From Coniocarpon cinnabarinum (lineage: Eukaryota), in NCBI GenBank assembly GCA_051942205.1, contig JAVECO010000016.1, positions 62,001 to 126,000 on the forward strand: a stretch of 64,000 nt of DNA. Direction: 5' to 3'. The translations under genes were made by a program, and so were the position numbers. The notes under the pieces are model-generated. The model saw only the letters and a list, made by a program, of their open reading frames with translations, did not search any database and was not told where the DNA came from. Positions 51,880-62,056 of the stretch are shown piece after piece (the stretch's first letter is position 1; every line of letters begins with the position of its first letter).

Positions 51880-52779
51880 TTAGTCTACAATGCCGTATTC
51901 CTTCCTGTCTTCTGGATTTTCACTCTTGCGACGCTTCAAGTCCTCGCACCATTGTTTAATTGCAGCGGCATTGTTCCATAGGCGGTCATCTGCGTGTGAC
52001 GCCGGCTGATATCCCTCTTTCCACCATACCTGCAGTGGGTAAACTCGTCCTTTTCCTTTGACCGATTTTGGTTGGGTAGAGATGTTCAGTTGGTCTTGCA
52101 GGTAGTTTTGGAACGCAACGCGCCCGGCCTCGGTGGGATCTTTCATTTGGCTCTCGAAATTATGCCGCGCAATCGCTGGGCCTTGCTTATCTGGACTGTT
52201 CAGGGACCTCAGGATGTGGAAGCGATTGTAATAATCATCCACAGATTTGTTTCGATTTGTTTGCTGTTGGCTGCGTACTTGTTGCGGCTCGCCTTCTGCT
52301 CCTGGTTCTACTTCGCGGGTGACTGGCGCGTCGCGGCTTGATCTGGCAACCGCTGGCTCCGCATGCTGACGAGCAGCCGGTCCATGACCGCTCGGTCCAG
52401 CAACCGCAGGTCCTGCGCGCTCAGGTGCAGCAGGCGCAGCCGGCGCGTCGCGACTTGGTCCCGCCACTGTGGCGCCCGGTTGTTGTGCTGCGTCTTTCTT
52501 GAACCTTTTGAAGAAATGATCTGGCCTCGACTTCTTTGCAAGCCATCTCTTCGCAAGCTCCGGAGAGTGTTGCTCGGGAGGCACGGTCTCATCTTTCTCG
52601 ATATCTTTAAGTAGTCCAATATGCTTATCTTTGCTGTGATCCGAGTCCCACCATGCTTTTATACTGCCGTGATGTTTTTCGTGAAAGTTGGACTCTTTCA
52701 ACAATCGTGGCAAATGTCTTTCGCCGGCGTCTTTAGCGGTTTCTCTTCTTTGGTCGTTTGTGATTGGGGGTCGAGACAT
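51880..52779 (-). CDS. Hypothetical protein, paralogue A of a tandem pair; two domains joined by a PAVAGPS-repeat linker
   Basis: Intact 299-aa ATG-initiated frame; TATAAA-like element about 110 bp upstream; C-terminal domain aligns with the 53414-54091 protein. Confidence 0.8.
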   Translation of the reverse strand: MSRPPITNDQRRETAKDAGERHLPRLLKESNFHEKHHGSIKAWWDSDHSKDKHIGLLKDIEKDETVPPEQHSPELAKRWLAKKSRPDHFFKRFKKDAAQQPGATVAGPSRDAPAAPAAPERAGPAVAGPSGHGPAARQHAEPAVARSSRDAPVTREVEPGAEGEPQQVRSQQQTNRNKSVDDYYNRFHILRSLNSPDKQGPAIARHNFESQMKDPTEAGRVAFQNYLQDQLNISTQPKSVKGKGRVYPLQVWWKEGYQPASHADDRLWNNAAAIKQWCEDLKRRKSENPEDRKEYGIVD

Positions 52780-53413
52780 TCTGGTGTCCTGATATCAGTC
52801 AATTGCTGGTGTTCCGATTGTAATAGGAGAAGCTGCAGATAATTTAGTTTGGTCTGAGAACACCCTGATCTAGGAATCAGCGAGGCATTTATAATATCGC
52901 ATTACACAAACTATTGAAGACGGTAGCAGGAGCCACGTCTTCACGTCGCAGTTTGCACCCGAAATAGTCTACAGCTGGCACTGCAAGATAAGAAGACGAC
53001 GTATGTGTTTTCTGATACGGCTCTTTGTAGCAGGGCCGGGGAACACCTCACTACATCGCAAGTTGCACTCGAAGGCCAAAACAACTTACAGTTGGCATTC
53101 TCAAGCATCAGGGCGACGTATGTGCTCGCTAATAAGACTATTTTAAAACCTAGGCGGAGAACACGTTTCTGCGTCGCATATTGCACTAACATTAGCTAAC
53201 CTCCTGCCCCGAAAGACCAGCGGGATGGAACAAATTTAGAACGCATACACCCTCTGTTATGCAGAGAATGAGAAACAATTTCTATGAACAAATAACATCT
53301 TTAGTCAAAGTGAAAGCTTTATTGTATTTCTTGTAACTATTGAGAAGCGTTGAAAAGAAGTGCTTGTACATAGCCCAGCTACTACGCTTGCACTCGGGGA
53401 TAGGTGAAGGCCG

Positions 53414-54091
53414 CTAGTCCTGAATGCCGAATTTGGATCTCAGAAAGACGTCTTTCTTCATCTCCTCCTTTTGTTGCAGACTCCATCTCTTGATTTCACT
53501 CTCATCGTACCAGAGGCTTCCATATGGATTCTGATGGCACGCTGTGTCGAATAAATTGCACCACTCCGACAACGGGTAGCAAAAGGCACGGTTGCAGCTC
53601 ACAGGATCGCGCCTAATGTTCATATCTTGATCCTGTAGAAACGTTTTGTAGAGCCAGAGGCCCGCCGTACGGTATTTGTTCCGCCAACGTTTCCTGAAAG
53701 CACTAGGTGGCAGTTCTCGCCCGCCGCTCAATCTTGCCAGGGCGTTGAAGCGTCCGCAATATCTCTCTTCAATTTCGTCGTCGTCGGTGTCACCTGCTTG
53801 GCCGTCGTTCCCGACTATGACGTTTTCGCATCGCTTCATGAATGTCTCCAGAAATCTTTTCGACGTCACGTGCCTGCCGAGAGAGTACAGTTCATCGTAA
53901 AGCTTATGAAGAGGGCCACCATCATGTTTATTCTCCCTGTATAATTCACTGATAGATAATTGGCAGCTTTGTGGACGAGCGGAGTTTTCCACAGCTGATT
54001 GTAAGTCTTTCTCAGCGTTGGCAATGGTAGAGTCTCTTTCAAGTTTGTAGTCAGGATCGTCTTTAAACTTGATAGATCTCAAAGGCGGCAT
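53414..54091 (-). CDS. Hypothetical protein, paralogue B of the tandem pair (225 aa from first ATG)
   Basis: Intact frame starting MPPLRSIKF at 54091; shares Y..RF..L..L, AG......LQDQ, YPL..W, A.H, LW.....IK.W and terminal GI.D with paralogue A. Confidence 0.8.
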   Translation of the reverse strand: MPPLRSIKFKDDPDYKLERDSTIANAEKDLQSAVENSARPQSCQLSISELYRENKHDGGPLHKLYDELYSLGRHVTSKRFLETFMKRCENVIVGNDGQAGDTDDDEIEERYCGRFNALARLSGGRELPPSAFRKRWRNKYRTAGLWLYKTFLQDQDMNIRRDPVSCNRAFCYPLSEWCNLFDTACHQNPYGSLWYDESEIKRWSLQQKEEMKKDVFLRSKFGIQD

Positions 54092-54797
54092 CTTTGGCGG
54101 AGATCTGATAGCTTTGTTAAAGGATATAGGTGTGTTTCTCTCATGTGTTTCCTTGGCGAATAATACACTAACGATAGACAATGTGATAATTTGGGAGACC
54201 AGCGGGACGACACATGACCATCGTTCGCTCAAAGACACCCTTCAAATCAGGAAGTAGCCACGTTCCGATCTTGCAACTTAGCCTCTGCAGGTTTCAACGT
54301 CATTGTAGAAAAGGCTCAGCAGATCGAATTACGTGTTCGTAAACAGGGGCACTTAAGGAACCAGATAGCAGCCACGTTTCCATCGCGCGTGGTGAGACAC
54401 GGAGGGACCAGCGTCATACCTCCAGCGTCATCCCTCCAGGAACCCGAGCGGAATGATTATGTTCGCTCATAGACACACGTTAGAAATCAAATAGGTGACA
54501 CGTCTCCTATCGCAAATCGATTCTATAAGAGTTAAGCCACCACTTTGAACCTACCAAGCGGCATCTGTCCACTCATAAACCATCTGAAACTCCGTCAAAA
54601 GCCACGTCTCTATCGCAAGTTGAACCCCAAAATGCTAGCGCCGTTCCAAACACAAAGCAAACCAAGCAACTCATCCTCAGTGAATAACAAACTTTTAACA
54701 ATCAGGTACTAGACACATTTAATATCGTAAGACCAACTTACAGCGCTAGCATCATTGCTTGCTACCACAAGCCGAGCGCTTCTCACCCGCTTGGAGA

Positions 54798-57429
54798 TCA
54801 CCTCACACCCTTCGCCACCCTGTCTAAATGCTCGTCACCAAATCCCAAAACCTTGCCACCGTGCTCCGCCACCTTCTGCGCCTCCGCCACACTCCCGCCA
54901 CACTCTTTAACAGCGTTCACCGCCATCGCCGCTTCATCCAAACTCAATCCCTCTTGTTTCTGCAGCGCATCCGTCAGGAAGCTGATATCTGTTGACTTCT
55001 CGGGTTCCAGCGATCTACTCGCTTTCATATGCGACACTGCGTGCGGTACACTGCTTGCATTTTCCTTGACGAACCGCGCATTCACGCTCTTGAGATCGGT
55101 TTCGCTATCGTAAGGCGGTGGGAGATGTCCAGCTAACTCCTTGACTTGTGGCGTTAGGACGTCTTTCTTCTGGACTTTGGTCCAGAACGCCACGAAGCAC
55201 GCGTGTAACCTAGGGTCGTCCTTGTTGATCTGGACAGCGAGGAGCAAATGCTTGAGCGCACGGAACAGCTTTCCGCGTCTTAGGAATACCTCGAACGCCG
55301 TGAGTTGCACAGCCATGTCGCCGTCGCCGAACTCAAGCAAGGGGACGAGAAACCGCATTGCCTCGTCCAGTGGCTGCTTTGTTTGCGCGAGCTTCAAACC
55401 TTTGGGGTCATCGTCTGTCTTCTTGAGCTCGCCATCTTGGCCCATATTTGCTTTCTTGGCGGCGGCTTTGCGATCGGCCTCGCTCTGCTTGGACAGGGCC
55501 ATTTCTTCCTCCTTTCTCGCTTTTTGGATCGTCTTCGAGTCATGAGAACCGGCGGCGTTGAGGGATAGCGGAAGATCGGCGTAGGAGGCTAGCTGCGGGT
55601 TATCGTGGAGGGCGAGGTAGATGTTGATCGCGTCGAGAGCAGCACGCGTGTAATAAGGATGCGAGCGGAGTCGGTCTTCCCAGCGGAGAGTATCAACGTA
55701 TGCGCGGATCTGCGCCTTCCTGAGGGAGAAGGTATGGAAGTCGAACTGATCCTCCTGCCAAGTGTCGAAGATGTTGAAGATGGTGTGAAAGCGTTTGAGC
55801 GCGAGACCGTAGCGTGCCTGGCGTGCGTAGGCCTCGCCGTCTTCGGTGAGATACCATAGAGCTTGCATCTCGATGAGGTCGCCCAACGTGCCGCCCATGA
55901 CCTCGTTGCGAGTGAATTTACTCATCGTGTTGAGGGCAACATTCGATTCGTTGTTACGCAGTTGGTACTTGGCGCATTTACAATTGATCCAGCGATCTCG
56001 CAGGTCAATTTCGCGGGCAATGTTCATGTGTTTGGCGGCTTCTGCTGGCTGGCCTAGGTGCTTGAATATCCTGGCCTTGGTCATGTGCCAATCGTAGGTC
56101 TTTGGATCGAGCTCGATGAGGCGATTGATGTATGTCATGGCTTTGTTGAGGTCTCGTGTAAGGTAGTAATTGTAATGTTGAGCGAGGAAATAGAGGATAG
56201 ATTGTTCCCAGCGTGAAGAAGAGTCGTCGTGGTTGGATGTGTCGCCGTTGACCTGTTGTTTCTCGTCCTTGTATGACTCGACGAGGTCTTGGATGGTTTG
56301 ACGTTTTGCAGGATTCGCATAGAGAGACTTGACGTTGTTGAAAGTGGAGGGGACTCCTTTGCGGAGCATTCGCCGCAGATATGAGCCTGCAGCTTCTCGA
56401 AATGCCTCACCTTGCTACAATTAGACATGTCACGTTGCACATGAGGTTGCTCTGCTTACCTTCTAAAAAGTCCAAAGGCATCCTCCGCGCTGCGTCACAT
56501 CCAGCATCTTTCTCCGCGATCTCATCGTACATCTGCTTCCTTTTTTGTAAGTCTTTCTTGTCGAATTCTAACGCCTGCTCGAGTCCATCATAGTAAGCCC
56601 TTAGCTCATTATTCCGTTCTAATAGTGCCCGATATGCATCTTCCGCGTCTTTAAACCTCTTCAGTCGTAACAGAAATGCTGCTCTTCGCTCCATGATTGC
56701 TGTCCGGTCGAGTGTTCGCTTGTCAATGCTGTCAAGGTGTTCCAGAGCACGGTCTATGTCCCCTCTCTCTTCAATGATAGTGTTTCGGTACATCAACGCT
56801 TCGTTATGCTCAACATCTCGTATTGAGACTTCGCCTTGTATTGTATTTTCGTATAGGTCTAGGACATGCTCGGCTTCTTCGAGATTGCCATTCAGGTGAT
56901 GTGCTATAGCCAAGGCAGTCCAGTTCTGTCGAAGACCTTCTCTCTTCAGCAGCATCTTGTGCCTACTGTTGACGTACGCCTCAAAGTCTCGGGTCTGCAC
57001 CTGCAGTAAGCTCAAGTCACGCAGGATTTGCGGACTTTCAGGCTCCAGGCGCAAAGCCCAATTGTATGCCTTGATCGCCTCTTCATAGTTCTTCTGGGAT
57101 CGGTAGAGGAGTCCATAAACGTGCCAGCAGACGTGCGATTTCATGTCATCTTTGAGAGCTTTCTTCGCCAACGCGAACGCTTCATCAGTGCTGCCGGTAG
57201 TGTTGAGGATGAGAGCTTTCATAGCCTGGGTATCGCCATGGTTGGGCACCTTGCGTAACACTTGGTCCGCAGCTTTGATACCTGCAAGGAGCGTCAGAGC
57301 TGCTCTCATGACAACTTGAAGAGGTCCACACAGGTACCAGTGCTTACCTTTCTTATACTGCTTGCTCTCATAGTTTTTGACGACGGAGCGGAAGAGAGAG
57401 GCTTCCTTGGAGTTGAGGGGTTGAGGCAT
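54798..57429 (-). CDS. NAT1: N-terminal acetyltransferase A auxiliary subunit (Nat1/NAA15), three exons
   Basis: MPQPL...YESKQYKKG, SHVCWHVYGLLYR, DRWINCKCAKYQLRN, WQEDQFDFHTFSLRK; introns 57282-57347 and 56411-56459 restore one frame. Confidence 0.96.
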
Positions 57430-58112
57430 CTTGAGACTGATTGAAGCTTGTGCGTGACATGGATCTACTGAGACTTTGAGATAATACTTTCAAATTGCGG
57501 CCGAGAATAGCTTGAGGCCACGAAAGCTGATGGGTGATCTGGGAATCTCGGGGCGGAGAGTCCCGAGCGTTTTGTCCCCTTTTCGCCCCTGCGCTATCAC
57601 AGATTGAGACTAGCAGCTATCCGGATATCTTCCATCAACATTCCACCACGAAGTACATCTTGCTCCACAACCGCCGTCTACCAATCATACAGCCCTCGCA
57701 TGCTAGCAATCGTTATTGTTCCATTCAGAAGCTATGTGTTGACGTCTAGTCATTTCGGGCGCAACTTCCCCTGTTTTGAATGACATGTGCAGCTTGCCAG
57801 TCAGGTCTCTATCATGCCATGATACACGGTTAGAAGTGCACCTGGGCAGAAGATCCAGTGGGTTTCCTGTCGGCGACTGCCAGTGTCACGGGTGGTTGGC
57901 ATGTGCGCGAGCTGGAACTACGCGTTCCGAGTGGCATGTTTCGCCAGCGGATTATGAAAAGCTCGAAGGCCGGCTCCAAGTTACACGCGCCAAACCTGCA
58001 GGTACCCGCAACTTGGAGATACTTGGGTGCTTGGTTCCACATTTACTGCAGTCCTGAGCCGCGCCATCAATCAAACCTGCCCAAGTATCCCGGATGAGCG
58101 TGTGGCCATGAG

Positions 58113-59644
58113 CTACAGCTCATCCCTCACATGACCGCTGTCTTCACTAGCATCCTTCTCGCCCCTCTTCACAATGCTGGTAAGGATCTCAAAGGCAACC
58201 TGAGCTCCGGCTAGTGCAGTCTGTTCGCCTGCGCCATCATAGCTTGGACTGACTTCGACAACGTCCGCTCCCACAACTTTCAGATCCTCGATGGCGCGCA
58301 GAACCTGCACCAGCTCACGTGTGGTCCAGCCGCCAGGTTCGGGAGTGCCCGTCCCTGGTGCGAGGCCCGGATCGATAACGTCAATGTCGACCGACAAGTA
58401 GACGGGTCGTTCACGACCAATAATTTTGAGAATCTTCTCAGCGATGCCCGATGGACCTGCAGGCCGTCAGCGCATTTGGCGACCCTGCACGTGCGACGGC
58501 GTTCTTTGTTTTTGTTGAGCATGCACATGCAATCACCCAGTGTCGCACAAGGCTTGCAGGGCGTCAAGGTACAGCTTTACGCGTGGCTCACGCGTCCGGG
58601 CAGTCTACTCACCCATTGCCTCACACGAGATAGCATCGCTCTCAATGCGTAGCCACCCTTGTGTGTCGTCATTTTCGTTATCTCCTGGCCCAGACAATCG
58701 AGTGCGTAATCCGGCGTGCACAGAGTTATTGGCAATGAGTCCTTCTTTCCACGCTAGCCAGTACATGGTACCATGCGTGAAAGCGCTTTGCTCATCTTCG
58801 ATCGGCTTATCCTTGTCCAGCCACGTATCATCGTAGGCCCCCGGATGCCAAGTGTCCAGGTGGGCATCAAAATGTAAGACCGTCATGGGCTGATTATAGA
58901 CTTTGGCTAGTGCACGAAGTTCTGCAAGTCCAATCGAGTGATCACCTCCGAGGGAAAGAATGCGTGGGTGGCTTGCATGTCCGCTCGCGCTTGACGAAGC
59001 CTTACGTGAACCGAGTTCCCAGAGCGCTTCGCTCATTTGACGTAGAGCCAAGGCGTTGTCAAATGGCGTGACAGGAACATCACCACAATCAACAATCTTG
59101 GCCCAGGATTGGTACGGATTGTAATTGGCTCTGGGATTAAAGCTGCGCATCGCCAACTGACGAGCAGATGCAGCTCGTATTGCTTTAGGCCCGAAACGAG
59201 CGCCTTAGTGAAGTTATAAGTCAGCAATGTCTAGGCCATGACCACTTGCAAAGGTGTGGACTTCCATTCCTAGCAAATGCGATGCCCGATCCAAAAGAGG
59301 GGCTTGCAGCATCAGCAAGGAATCAATCTTACAGCTGACTTACCGGGACGATAACTGACAGCGGTGTCAAACGGAACACCAAGGACTGCCACATCGTAGT
59401 TGACATCAGGATCAACAAGACAGCGATGGTGGGGCAAGTGTGCGAATGTGCTGATACCGGTGAAGCTCCACTGGCTTTGAATCAGCTAGTACAAGGGGCA
59501 TGAGGCCATTTCGTAGAGGTCGCAGACATCATGACTCCATTTGAACTTGAGTTCTTCCGCTCGCTGAGCTTCCGAGGCATTCGCCATGGAGAAAAGGGCC
59601 AGGACGCTGCACACGAGCAGCGATAGGACGTTAAGTGGGCCCAT
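58113..59644 (-). CDS. Agmatinase / ureohydrolase (arginase family) with N-terminal signal peptide, multi-exon
   Basis: [72 protein letters not shown]; introns near 59.5, 59.2-59.3 and 58.45-58.6 kb. Confidence 0.93.
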
Positions 59645-60171
59645 TAGCAGCGCCATCGAGGCGCATGTACGCCGCATCACTGCGGCGTGCAGGTGCATAC
59701 AGGCGCCAGATATGCAAGCAGATTGCCTCGAACCAGTTGGTGCAGTGAAGGAGATTGGAGGTTGGTCGAGGGCGTTGGCACCTCAGATGGCGCCGTAGAG
59801 GTACGACGCAGCTACAGCGTGCGACAGAAGAAAGCGACGGCACGTCGTGCTTCGGCCAGCGAAACAGAATTTATAAGAGCGAGGCGTCCAAGGAGGGTAT
59901 ACACCTGCGCTGAGGTGTCTCTGCTCTTCTGTGAGTCTGTGTTTTTGGTCCGAGTCCGAGGTTGTCCAAGTCCCACACCTGCCACTGACCAAGTGGGGCA
60001 ACCCTGACATTTTGCTTAAGCGCCTCATTAAGGTCTTGCTTGCCTGCTCTTCGGGCAACAATTCGACTCACAGCAGCAACCTCTTTCGCGAGATCGTTGG
60101 CCGAGGAAGTCGGTTGAAGTATAAGTTGGCTTACTCAGTCCCCACGCAGCCCGCCCGTCAGTGCTTCAGCA

Positions 60172-61207
60172 ATGAATTCCTTAGCGAAAGACACGAGACT
60201 GTTGTTCGGAGGAGAGCGGTACGTGGGACAGATCTTCCTGCACGTAACAGACGCGTGGGCTCGACAAGCTGACCAATACAAGTGGCTGGATCGCAGATGA
60301 CTGGACCGCCTCAGACGATCGCGTGCGTGGTGGCTCCTCTCAGGTCAGCGAAGCGCCAAACCGCAGCACTAAGCGACACAGAGTCCCTGTTCGCCGCAGC
60401 TGACATGCGCCGCAGTCGTACTTCTCGTGCTCGTCAAGCAACAGTCATGCACATTTCTATGGCACGCTCGACATTGAAACACTCGGCGGGGCTGGTTTTG
60501 CATCCCAGAGGACCGCAAACGATTCACTCTCTCTCGATTTGGCTGAGTACGATGGCATTCAATTGAGTATTGCGGGAGCCGATAGTCAGTAGTCTCTGCC
60601 ACGTCAGCAGAGCGACACCGCGCTTACAATCTTTCAAGCCAAACGGTATACCCTTATCCTGAAAGACAGCTTGCTACCGCGAGGTGATGATGGTCGCGAA
60701 CAAGCTTCTGTCTCGTACGAATACGATTTCCGTGTACAGTTTCCATTTGGCACAGGTCAGGAGATGGTGATTCGCATCCCGTTTGCCGAGTTCGAGCCTA
60801 CATACCGTGGCCGCAAGCAAGACAATGCCAAGCCACTCGATACGCGCAGCATCAAGCGCTTAAGCTTCATGGTTCGGAGGTGAGCAAGTTGGTCGGGAGT
60901 TGCTTAGTGGACTGAGGCTGACAAACTCTGACGGAACAGCTTCTTTGGATCCCAAAAGGGCGACTTCAGCTTTGCGATTTCTCAAATCAGTGCATACAAA
61001 GGCCACAGAGACATTTGGCGGGGGTGGAAGTCGGCTGAGAGACCAGGAGAGTTACGGGAAGCCATCTACGATCAGAAGAGCACTGAATCCTTCCCGTATC
61101 CCTACCGGGACCAGCCTGAGTTTGAAAAGTGTGCTGCCGTGGATGAAAAGCTCGAGGCGAGCGCAAGTGCATTTGCGCGCAGTAGCTGGTGCTGTGGACT
61201 GCTGTGA
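60172..61207 (+). CDS. CIA30-family (complex I intermediate-associated protein 30 domain) protein, five exons
   Basis: Exons read MNSLAKDTRLLFGGE / WTASDDRVRGGSSQ / FYGTLDIETLGGAGFASQRT..LDLAEYDGI / KRYTLILKD..SYEYDF..PTYRGR / SFFGSQKGDF...WCCGLL*, with four GT-AG introns. Confidence 0.9.
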
Positions 61208-62056
61208 TGGCGTGATGGTGTTTGGAGGAAAAGCCGGAGCTAGCCAAAAGTCACGTGCGTTATTTGATCGGAGATAGCGGGCGTATCTAAGTGCATGAAC
61301 CAACCCAAACCTAGATTCAACCATGCCATCCTCGAGTTTTTACGGACTTAAGACGACAATGTGGTCCCTCGCTCAGCATTTCATGCGCACTGCCGACCTC
61401 TCGTGCACCAGCATATGCGAACCGTTTCCCTCATCGATGCAAGCGTCTGGGTGTTGTACGATCATCTGGAGCGGCTGACGCGCAGAGTGTCTCGCAAGTG
61501 GAGAATGGATCAAGCGCTACCGAGACACGCCGTGCAGATACGAGCCTGGAGACGTGACCAGGGACCAAGGCGGGCGCGAAGACCGAGCAAGAGGAGGCGA
61601 GAGAAGTCTGAAGGGCGCAACTTTGCTGGAATTCCTGGGGGATCGCCCACACCTTGAGGCCGGGCCTCCGAGCGCTCTGCCGACACACAGACCACCGCGA
61701 TTACTGAATGCGGCCATACCCGCCCACCTCCAGTCAGGGACCAGCTGCAGTTCGTCGTCCGGAGTGACGTGATTTGCCCACTAAACGAGCCAGGGCGACT
61801 CGTTATGGCCTGATCTTCGTCTCTTAACACCGCCAGCAAGCATTCTCTGTTTAAAGAGCTCCATCCTCCACCCTGCTACCATGCCTGCTCTGCAGCATCT
61901 CCTTGCTCGCTCCTTATCCTGCTGCTCTTCTCCGGACGCTCCGTCGGTCAAGGCTTCGTCTGCCCGCCCTCTAGCATTGTCCATGCACAACGTCTAACAT
62001 TCGCTCGACCAGAGGGCATATTCGCCACCTGGCGTTGTTCTTCAAGAGCCGTTGCC

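Noticed and set aside
20600..54700. Calling the island a Starship
   Set aside because: No DUF3435 tyrosine recombinase, terminal repeats or TSD could be identified; kept only as a hypothesis
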